From IMG/VR virus record IMGVR_UViG_3300035492_000075: a stretch of DNA of 64,000 nucleotides; one strand, given 5' to 3'. Positions 25,417 to 33,800 of this stretch are shown piece by piece (position 1 is the first letter of the stretch; each line of letters opens with the position of its first letter). The notes below the pieces were generated by a model that saw only the letters and a program-made list of their open reading frames with translations, was not told the DNA's origin and ran no database searches. The position numbers and the translations under genes were made by a program. The DNA comes from a virus.

Positions 25417-25761
25417 TCAGAGTGACATGAACGCAAGGAAGTCTTTCATGTTGTGAACATAGATGTCAGACAGGGCATCCATCACATCTTGGGGGACTTG
25501 ACCGTTGAACAACGCCTTGGTCGGAGTGTACTTGATTTCTTGCGTACCACCATTATCACGACCGTACACCAGATAGGTGTCATTGGTTCCTTGATAGACG
25601 TACACACACCCACGCAGAAGGTGAGGCTTGATCCCCTTCCCGATCTTATACGCGAAAGCTGTCAGTATCTTCCTACCGTCCGTCTGGAGCTGAAACTTCT
25701 CTCGTAGAAGCATTTTCTTGTCTTCTGGGGTGAAAACGACAATCGCGTCACCAATGAACAT
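25417..25761 (-). CDS. hypothetical protein
   Basis: 114-aa ORF with an AAGGA SD. Confidence 0.6.
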   Translation of the reverse strand: MFIGDAIVVFTPEDKKMLLREKFQLQTDGRKILTAFAYKIGKGIKPHLLRGCVYVYQGTNDTYLVYGRDNGGTQEIKYTPTKALFNGQVPQDVMDALSDIYVHNMKDFLAFMSL

Positions 25762-25819
25762 CGCGTTTTCCTTTATTAAAAAAGTCTCGTAAATAACAGA
25801 AACGGAGACAATTTATAAC

Positions 25820-26158
25820 ATGCAACACATAAAATTGCTTGACGAGATTCAACTTAAAGACCGTGTATTGACTGGTGTGGTTGATTACGTCACGACCAAA
25901 AATATTATTTTTTACGACATCTCTATGAATGATGATCCAGAAGTAATCAAACTACTACTCATGTGGCGAATGTTCTATACACATATGCGTTTCTCTGTTT
26001 TCAAAGAACTGTTTTTCGCTCATGTCTCAATGCGCAAACCAAACCTTGTAAACAGGAAGAAGATTGTTCACCCAAGCTTCCAGAAAATCGACAAGCCATC
26101 TCGTACTGTGCGTCGACTCACCAAGAAACAACTTGCTGCTGCAACCGACACAGAATAG
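25820..26158 (+). CDS. hypothetical protein (lone plus-strand ORF in the minus-strand block)
   Basis: 112-aa ORF with a GGAGA SD. The 3' end overlaps the convergent gene by 41 nt. Confidence 0.45.
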   Translation: MQHIKLLDEIQLKDRVLTGVVDYVTTKNIIFYDISMNDDPEVIKLLLMWRMFYTHMRFSVFKELFFAHVSMRKPNLVNRKKIVHPSFQKIDKPSRTVRRLTKKQLAAATDTE

Positions 26159-26705
26159 CTGCTATCATAACTGCGTAAGAGACTGCGTGTGATTTTTTGA
26201 AGTATACCCCACTCCGTGGTCTCTTGTACAGAATTCTTCGAACCCCTTCCCTATCTGCTCGATATTCGTCCACCAGATGCGCTTTACCGGGTCGGATTAG
26301 TGCCAAGCAATCAGCTAGCTCGATTATCGAGGTAGGCTCGATATCCTGTATGAGATCGTAATGTGTTGAAATATGGGGCAGCTTTGAAACTATATCACGC
26401 CTGCGTAGGAGACTCCATTCTGGTTCTTCTTCTAACGCAGCCAACAAGTCATCCTTGTTTTTGAATATGTCGTAACTGGTGTTTGTTAGGATGTCGACCT
26501 TGAGCAGGTCCATAGCATCACCATCCTTATAGTCTATAGCTGCATTACCAGTCATATGATCCACTGGGACACGCTGTATGTATACACCTGATGGGTGAGG
26601 CAGGACTTTGCCTGCCTCGGCATTGTACACCATCGCACGGGTGCCATAAGCTGTACGTTCGACCCCACTTTGAACGTCGATGTCTACGTCAAATATTCGA
26701 CTCAT
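26118..26705 (-). CDS. DNA polymerase III alpha-like fragment B (catalytic palm/finger remnants)
   Basis: FDVDIDV, HPSGVYI, LLKVDIL, LALIRPG and YFKKSHAVSYA line up, in order, with PolIIIalpha motifs PDFDxDF, HAGGVxI, KxDFLGL, RPGP and FNKSHxAAYA. Confidence 0.6.
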   Translation of the reverse strand: MSRIFDVDIDVQSGVERTAYGTRAMVYNAEAGKVLPHPSGVYIQRVPVDHMTGNAAIDYKDGDAMDLLKVDILTNTSYDIFKNKDDLLAALEEEPEWSLLRRRDIVSKLPHISTHYDLIQDIEPTSIIELADCLALIRPGKAHLVDEYRADREGVRRILYKRPRSGVYFKKSHAVSYAVMIAAILCRLQQQVVSW

Positions 26706-27160
26706 CACTTAACCAAGTAAAAGTTCACTTCTTCGATCACATCATCAAACTTTGAGATCATCACAGACTTGACAGCGTTTCGCATGCTCCTACCATTGAG
26801 AAATTCTGTCAAGTAGAAAAGCGCCAGTAGTGCTTCCTGTCTGTCCTCATCATTATCATTTGTCTTTTCTAGGATAGCCTTCGCTTGAGCTACCATAGAT
26901 TCCTTCGAACAGATACCGTTCTTGGCATATTCGGTGACTGTGTTGAACATGATCTGAGACGCGGCTAGCGCTGTTTCTTTTTCCAGCCTGACAACACACT
27001 CGAATGCATCCCGCAATCGGGAGTTACTGTAGGCCGTCTCATGGTAGAAGAAATTATGGTCAGGCCACTCATCGACGGCGATATACAATTCTTTCAGGAT
27101 AGAAGCCTCATATTCATCAAGAGGCTTCTTCTCTGTGTTTTTGCACTCACTTAAAGACAT
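26705..27160 (-). CDS. hypothetical protein
   Basis: 151-aa ORF with a TGATG overlap with the upstream stop. Confidence 0.6.
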   Translation of the reverse strand: MSLSECKNTEKKPLDEYEASILKELYIAVDEWPDHNFFYHETAYSNSRLRDAFECVVRLEKETALAASQIMFNTVTEYAKNGICSKESMVAQAKAILEKTNDNDEDRQEALLALFYLTEFLNGRSMRNAVKSVMISKFDDVIEEVNFYLVK

Positions 27161-27873
27161 CAGCCTTTAATCCCCAATCCTTTCTCTTCTAAAGTATTAA
27201 CCAGTTCCATGATCCGGTTCTGGTAGTCAACAGGAAGCCGGTTCATACGCCCATCGAAGTCTGGGTGGTTCATTGCCAACCAGTAGATGCTGATCTTCGC
27301 TTTCTCAATCGACCGAATGAAGAACAGGTCATCGCTTTCGAGCTCGTCTTTAAAGCGTTCAAAGAACTTAGCCGATCCCATGAGGTCGCAGGAATGGGAG
27401 AACAGACGAAACTCACGCATGCTCTGTTCTTCGATGCCAACCTTCAGGAGGGTAGGAAGGTTAGTCAGGTTTTTGATTTGGTTGAGCCAATCAAGATACG
27501 CCAGAACGTCGGTGATCTCGTGTAGGGTACAGAACATCGACAGACGCACGAACTGATTGTAAAACTTGCTCTTGATGAACGTCTTCAGGCTGATGCGAGC
27601 CTTTGGGTTCACTTCACTGATGACATCCTTGTAAAGCTGATACGCTCGCAGTTCAGTCAAAGTGCCCTTTGCAACGTCGCGCAGTGTGTGGCAATTCTTC
27701 TGAGCGAAGTGGCGCTCCAATGCCCAGAACTTTGCAAACGTTTTACCACACACAGGGCATAGGTTGATCCCGTTCTTCAGTGGTACCAACGTGACGTCAT
27801 ACATCGCGTCAACCGAGTTCATGATCTTCAGGTCAGACGCGGTTTTTGATACATCATTTTTCACTTCTTGCAT
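27160..27873 (-). CDS. hypothetical protein with C2H2-like zinc finger
   Basis: LCPVCGKTFAKFWALERHFAQKNCH. ATG 27873 follows GGAGAATAAA. Confidence 0.6.
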   Translation of the reverse strand: MQEVKNDVSKTASDLKIMNSVDAMYDVTLVPLKNGINLCPVCGKTFAKFWALERHFAQKNCHTLRDVAKGTLTELRAYQLYKDVISEVNPKARISLKTFIKSKFYNQFVRLSMFCTLHEITDVLAYLDWLNQIKNLTNLPTLLKVGIEEQSMREFRLFSHSCDLMGSAKFFERFKDELESDDLFFIRSIEKAKISIYWLAMNHPDFDGRMNRLPVDYQNRIMELVNTLEEKGLGIKG

Positions 27874-27874
27874 T

Positions 27875-28297
27875 TTATTCTCCATAAAGCTCTTTTAGCT
27901 CTTTGATATCATCTTCTGACATCATCGGTAGGATGTCTTTTGCTTGATCATACCCACATTCGTAATGTTTCGCCAGTTTTCTGATGATAGAATCTTCATT
28001 CTTACCAACAGACTTCACGAACTGGTATCTAGTCCTGTCGATTCCTGCGTTTGCCGTGATGAGCATCTTCAGAAGTAACCGAGGATGTGCAGAGAACGAA
28101 AAGACAAACTCATTAACGACTGCATCAGTCAGAAGCACATGAATCTCGTTGTTGTCGACGGCACCATTCATCCACATCAACAGAACGAACGGTGACAGAG
28201 ACTTCAACTGGTCGTCGGTGAGCCCATCAACAAAAGCATAATCGCCTTTGTTGATGGCATCAAATAGAGCGAACAAAGTATTATCACGAATCGCCAT
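27875..28297 (-). CDS. gp62: clamp loader small subunit (T4 gp62-like)
   Basis: Lies immediately downstream of the gp44-like gene (TAATG overlap). IIRKLAKHYECGYDQAKDI parallels gp62 IIKLLAKRYQVNTNDAINY. Confidence 0.6.
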   Translation of the reverse strand: MAIRDNTLFALFDAINKGDYAFVDGLTDDQLKSLSPFVLLMWMNGAVDNNEIHVLLTDAVVNEFVFSFSAHPRLLLKMLITANAGIDRTRYQFVKSVGKNEDSIIRKLAKHYECGYDQAKDILPMMSEDDIKELKELYGE

Positions 28298-29214
28298 TAT
28301 TGCTCCATGAAGAGTTGATAGACAAAGGCATCCAGATGCAGACGTTGGTTGGCACAGCGTTGTGCGCGATCAAGGTACTGTGACAGAGAAATAATCGCAG
28401 CATCCGTGTCGAGGTTCTTCACATTCTGGATGTTTGTGTACACCGCTTCGTAGTAGGCATCGTAGTTGCTCCCGTCTACGCCCGCAGTGAGCTGTAGGAG
28501 CGTTTCTTTGTCTACTTCTGACGAAGACCAAGCTTCGACCCATTCGTCCAGTGACGAGCCTTTCACGGCGTTCTGGAGAGCTGTGACCTGTTTGAACTCG
28601 TTGGTGTGCTCGTCAATACTGTTGATGATCTTGCGCAAGTCAGGTGCATACGCCTCAACGTGAGACATCAGATCGTGTTCATCGAGCACTTCGAGTCCTT
28701 CCTTCTCAACGATGTCGCAAATCAGATCGAGGATACCGTCGAGGTTCACAGCACCCATGATAATCGTCTGGAAGCGGCTATGCAGTGCAGGGGTTATCTG
28801 TTTCGGGTTGTTGGCGGTCATAATAAACCTGACACCGTCGCTATACTCTTCGATGATGTCACGCAGCGCATCTTGTGTTTGGCGGGTCAGGCGATCAGCC
28901 TCTTCCATCAGGACGATCTTAAAACCACCCATGGAGATTTTTTTCATCCACGGCTCCAGTTCTTCACGGATGAACCCGATCCCGTTCGTCAGTGAACCGT
29001 TGATGCGCTTCAGGTCAGATGGGTCAACATCGAGTTCGTTGATCAGGATTCGTGCTAGTGTTGATTTCCCACAACCGGGCGAACCTGTGAACAGCAGATT
29101 GGGGATTTCCCCATCTTTGAGCCATTTGGTTACTTTGTCTTCAGTCGTTTTGTCCTGAAAGACGTAACCCTTGATGGTATTTGGGCGGTATTTTTCAACC
29201 AGCAGTTTCTTCAT
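28297..29214 (-). CDS. gp44: clamp loader large subunit (RFC/T4 gp44-like AAA+)
   Basis: KYRPNTI, Walker A GSPGCGKST, Walker B-like MEEADRL and sensor-like TANN motifs. Confidence 0.9.
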   Translation of the reverse strand: MKKLLVEKYRPNTIKGYVFQDKTTEDKVTKWLKDGEIPNLLFTGSPGCGKSTLARILINELDVDPSDLKRINGSLTNGIGFIREELEPWMKKISMGGFKIVLMEEADRLTRQTQDALRDIIEEYSDGVRFIMTANNPKQITPALHSRFQTIIMGAVNLDGILDLICDIVEKEGLEVLDEHDLMSHVEAYAPDLRKIINSIDEHTNEFKQVTALQNAVKGSSLDEWVEAWSSSEVDKETLLQLTAGVDGSNYDAYYEAVYTNIQNVKNLDTDAAIISLSQYLDRAQRCANQRLHLDAFVYQLFMEQ

Positions 29215-29224
29215 TTTTCATTCT

Positions 29225-29254
29225 CCAAAAAAGAAAGCCCATTATAGGGCTTTC
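29225..29254 (-). terminator. rho-independent terminator
   Basis: GAAAGCCC-TATAAT-GGGCTTTC followed by TTTTTT on the minus strand. The SD and ATG of the gp44-like gene follow. Confidence 0.6.
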
Positions 29255-29438
29255 ATTGTACAACCGCAACCTCGTCCCACGCACCTTTTCGGATAGAATA
29301 GTGCGTGTAACGGTGGGAAAACTGGTTGCGATGGCCAACCGCGTAGTCGATGGCATCGTCCTCTGAGAGCTTCGTGGTTAGAAACTCTTCCGTTTCACCA
29401 CTCATCCCGTAGATGTAGTGGCGAAACGTCGATACCAT
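29253..29438 (-). CDS. small hypothetical protein
   Basis: ATG 29438 lies 1 nt after the glutaredoxin stop. Longer starts would overlap the glutaredoxin gene. Confidence 0.4.
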   Translation of the reverse strand: MVSTFRHYIYGMSGETEEFLTTKLSEDDAIDYAVGHRNQFSHRYTHYSIRKGAWDEVAVVQ

Positions 29439-29439
29439 G

Positions 29440-29721
29440 TCACTCGCTAGCATCGCTTTCTTGCTTTTTGAAATGCTCGACAAGATCATTGAAACCTCCG
29501 ATATGATGGTAGCCAATCCCCATTGGATGTTCCAAGTATATCTGAGGTACTGTCTTGTGTCCAGCACCGATCACAAAGTCGTAGTGATCCTTGTTCTCTG
29601 GGCGCAGAATATCGATGTAATCGTATTCGCATAGACCCTCTTTATTCTTCTGGTCGAGTAGAACTTTTGCACGTTGGCAGTATGAGCAATCTGGCTTACC
29701 GTAGACGATGTATTTTTTCAT
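29440..29721 (-). CDS. glutaredoxin (NrdC-like)
   Basis: YGKPDCSYCQRAK active site, TVPQI and GGFNDL motifs. ATGA overlap with the nrdB stop. Confidence 0.85.
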   Translation of the reverse strand: MKKYIVYGKPDCSYCQRAKVLLDQKNKEGLCEYDYIDILRPENKDHYDFVIGAGHKTVPQIYLEHPMGIGYHHIGGFNDLVEHFKKQESDASE

Positions 29722-30833
29722 AGAATTCCTTTAAATTCAAATACTTGGGCGTCGTCAACGTCGTTCTCAATCTGAGCGACACGATAGTTAACGATCTCAA
29801 TTTCTTGTGCTGCTGCTTGGATGAGGTCAGGTTTGACGTATTTATCCATATACGGCAGTGGGTTCTTCTCTGGCACTTCACCAAAGCGAGCGGTGTCAAA
29901 CTTCAGACCAACCCGGCTGTACATCGGTGCTGCCAGAAAGCGAGTGTAGTCCTTGAACATATCAGGGGTCACACCCAGAACGTGGCGTCCGTTACTGAAC
30001 ACGTAGTCGGTGAACGAGAATTCCTGCATCACACACTCGTCGAAGATTTCCTTGATCTCGTATTTGATCTCTTGGAAAATCCAGTCATAGCCTTCATTCG
30101 ACATCATGATACTCTGGATAGCACGACCGAAGCGAGCATGTAGCAGTTCGTCTTTACAGATCGCAGTGATCTCGTTTCCGATACCTTGGAACTTACCAGT
30201 CTCAGTCAAAGCAAACGTACAGGCGAAACTCGCCATGAACGATACAGCTTCCAGAGTGTAAATCGCGAAGATGGTCTTCAGCAGTTGTTTCTTAACACGA
30301 ACGATATCGATATTCGGGTTCAGTTGATACTCAGCAGCCATAGTCGCGGTTTCATTGAACACACGTCGGATGACAGCAGAGCGGTATGCCACATGCATAT
30401 CAGCCTTGGCTTTTTCGATAACCTCGTTCGGGTCGTCAAAGCACTTGCGGATGATCAGCGAGTATGCAGAAGCGTGAATGCCTTCAAACAACGACCATGC
30501 CTGAAGCACCTTGGTCAGCTCGTTGTTGGTGGTGAACGGTTCCAACAGGCTCATGATCGAGCGGGATGCTACGCTGTCTAGCAGCCACTGCGACATCAGG
30601 TTGATAACCATCACATCGCGGGTTGCGGCGTCACAGGTCTTCAGTTCCTGCTTGTCATTGGACAGGTTGAACTCCGTCTCCCGCCAGAACTGACCCATTT
30701 GCTCTTCATAGAGCTCTTCGAGGATCGGGTACGTTACGTTGATCGAATCAGCGAAACCCTGATCCTCCCCCAGAAACAGCGGGTATTTCCCGCTGATGTT
30801 TCCGTTATTTTGAATGTTTGCTACGTCTCTCAT
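29718..30833 (-). CDS. nrdB: ribonucleotide reductase class Ia beta subunit
   Basis: Typical ferritin-like R2 pattern (FWRETE, EGIHA, EAVSFMASF, DELLHARF) with a C-terminal tail. Confidence 0.9.
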   Translation of the reverse strand: MRDVANIQNNGNISGKYPLFLGEDQGFADSINVTYPILEELYEEQMGQFWRETEFNLSNDKQELKTCDAATRDVMVINLMSQWLLDSVASRSIMSLLEPFTTNNELTKVLQAWSLFEGIHASAYSLIIRKCFDDPNEVIEKAKADMHVAYRSAVIRRVFNETATMAAEYQLNPNIDIVRVKKQLLKTIFAIYTLEAVSFMASFACTFALTETGKFQGIGNEITAICKDELLHARFGRAIQSIMMSNEGYDWIFQEIKYEIKEIFDECVMQEFSFTDYVFSNGRHVLGVTPDMFKDYTRFLAAPMYSRVGLKFDTARFGEVPEKNPLPYMDKYVKPDLIQAAAQEIEIVNYRVAQIENDVDDAQVFEFKGIL

Positions 30834-30842
30834 TTTCCTTCC

Positions 30843-33800
30843 TTACAATTTACAGGATTCGCACGAACCTTCCTCGTCATCATCCTCTTCCAGATGTTCT
30901 GAGATCGGATCGAATTGGATGATTGGTGTGTCTTTCTCTTCGTCATCGTCGGTGTTGGTGAGGAAGTTCTCATAGTACCACGTCTTCATCCCCAGCTCAG
31001 CAGCAAGGAACAGACGCTGATACAGTTCTGACAGTTTCTTCTTACGCCCACTTGTTAGGTCGGTGTAGAAGTCAGCAGAAATTCCTTGACCAGTAAACTT
31101 CTGAATGATGGCATAAAACTTCACCAAATCCAAGTGATCGATGTCATATGCCCACTGATAAGACTCAGATAGAGTTTCCCAACCCGGTGCCTCGAAGAAC
31201 ACAATGCCTTTCTTGGACTTCTTGTAAATCTGGTGCTCACGGTACGGGTACGGGCCATTCATGCTGCCAGTGTACACAGAGCTGCTCTCTACAGGCATGT
31301 AAGCTTCCAGTACAGAGAAGCGCATACCATATCGCTTGATCTCTTCACGCAGCCCTTCCCAGTCACACAGAAGCGGTTGGGTGTGGTGTTCATCGACGCC
31401 TTTGGAATAGGTGTCAATCGGTAGCCACGGCTTCTCTTCTGAGTAACGAGTCTTGTGGAACCACCCACATGCACCACGCTCTTTCGCCAGACGGACAGAT
31501 GCCTTGTGCAGGGCAAACGAATGCAGCTCAGCCAGACGGTGAATAGCGTTACGACCTTCAACCGTGTCGTATTTCAGCCCCTGCTTCGCCATCCAGTGTG
31601 CAACGTCAGTCATGCCTACGCCAATGCTGCGACGGTTCTTTGCGGTGAACTCAAGACGCGGGTATGGGTACTGAGTACGCTCAATCGTGTTGTCAATGGT
31701 CTTCGCAGCCACATAAACGGTCTGGATGTAGTCTTCTGCGTCTTCGATGCGAGAAACAACGATACTGGCAAGGAAACACAATGCGATCTCACCACTAGAA
31801 TCGATGTTTGAAAGCGATTCGACGCTCGGGATAGCCTTGGTGACCAGAGCGATCTCTTGGCATTGACCAGTCAAAATCCCGTTGAACATACCCATATGGC
31901 GTTTTGGTTCATTGAAGCAGTATGTGTCATCAACCCGACCCTCGTCAACAACAGACTCAACCATAACAAAACGCTTCGCGTCCCGTTGTACTGACCGTTT
32001 CTCGATCTTCAGTCGACGGCACATGAGCCCCATCGAAATCAGTTTTTGGGTGTCGACGCTGGTTAGTAGGATGCGATACGCGTCTTTAGTGTCGAAATAA
32101 CCAAGCTCACCGGAACCATCGTTTAGCGGAAACAGTTGCTGCCCAGCGTCAGACATCTTCTTAACCTTAGCAGAAACACCAAGAGTATGGAGCATCATCT
32201 GAACCTCACGCAGGAACGGAAGGTTAATCGACACGGCAGCTAACTGTTCGTTTGTTCCATTTCGATACACGCAACCATCAGCGTCTAGATATCCAGCAAG
32301 CCACTCAAGACGTGATTCGATAGAATATCCACTCGATGGTACGAAAAACTTTTCACGAAGGTCTTGATAGTGCTTATGCTGACGTTTGACGTTGTCATTA
32401 GCGTACCACTTTGACCCACCGCTAAACTCTTCCGCTAGGAGACGTTTTTCGCCGTATAGGTAAATCCGCTGCCCTTCTTTTGTTAGACAACCATCACCAC
32501 TGTAGAAACCGTTGATATACGCTTTATCCAACTCGACACCATCCCCAAAGATCACAGGGAGATCAAATTTCGCGAGCTTGTCCCCAGCGACCAGATCGGC
32601 AGCACGAACCTCTTTATAGGGCTTACCATAGCCGTCAAAGACATAGAACTTGTGATATGGGGTGCATTCAAGCTCATAACCAGAGTCCGTGACTACTTTC
32701 AGCAGGCGTTGGTTTTCACCGGTCTTCACAACATCCACATCCGACCATTCCATCCCATTCCACACAGGAACATTACAACCTTCGAGCTCGGCGATGGGGA
32801 CATAACCACGATCAGTAAGAATCTGAGTTTCCGGTGCAACACAAAGATTTGACAGACGAATCTCCTCCTTGAACGGGGTGTGCTTGTTCACGTTGTCAAT
32901 AAACGTCGGGTAGATGCGAGAGACGTCATTGCGCTGGTACAGGAACAGGTCGATCACCTTACGCGCAGGCAGGATCGTTTTCTTGATCAGCGGGTTGTTG
33001 AACACAGCATCATATTCAGCACGGAACGCATCGGTATCACGAGAGTACATCAAATCCCATAGGCGTGGGGCGTAGTATTTGCTTACGAGCATCCAATCTT
33101 CATTGCGAGCTGCTTTCTCAATGCACAGGTGCTTCAGTACGATACTGTAATCGAGGTGCTCGATACGTGCCTTCGGATCAGTGCGCTGACTCTTCAGGCG
33201 CAGCAACATTTCGACTTCAGGATCGAGACAGGTGAACGTCACAGTAGCAGAGCCGCCACGGGTTACCTGAGTGTTACCACACACCATCGTCTTACCGTTA
33301 CGACGAACAATAAGAATATGAGTCGGTACGGTGACACAATATACCATTCCATCATATGGCTGAGTTGTGATCTTGGTTGATTCGCCCGTAGACTCGTGTT
33401 GGTTGTATACGGTGGTGCGATAACAAGACCCGTACTTTACTAGAGAACTACGAAGATTCGTCACAGCAGCAACAAACTGAACGGCGTCAGCGACCTCTTT
33501 CACGGATGTATTGAAAACACATATAGCATTCCCCTTTAGTTCATAATCACCATCCCAGTTACGCAACTCGTCAAAGAACTCAAGCGCTGCTTTTGTAGAC
33601 CATGATCGTTCATAAACCCAGTTCAGGTTTTTCTCAAGAACAAAATGAGGTTGTTTGACTCGATAGAAATCATACAGTCCGTCCTTCGTCATTCGCTCAA
33701 CATGAGACACCCCAAACGACATTGTCTTCTCGGAATGGAATGGAATTTGGTTCTCACGAAGTAACCATTCCAACCGTTCGGACTTGCGTTTTTTAGAGAA

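Noticed and set aside
26690-26710. Split-intein halves at the ends of the two PolIIIalpha-like fragments (by analogy with cyanobacterial DnaE)
   Set aside because: Fragment A ends ...FIELTKIDDNDY and fragment B starts MSRIFDVDIDV. There is no Cys-initiated IntN and no IntC ending in HN plus a nucleophile.
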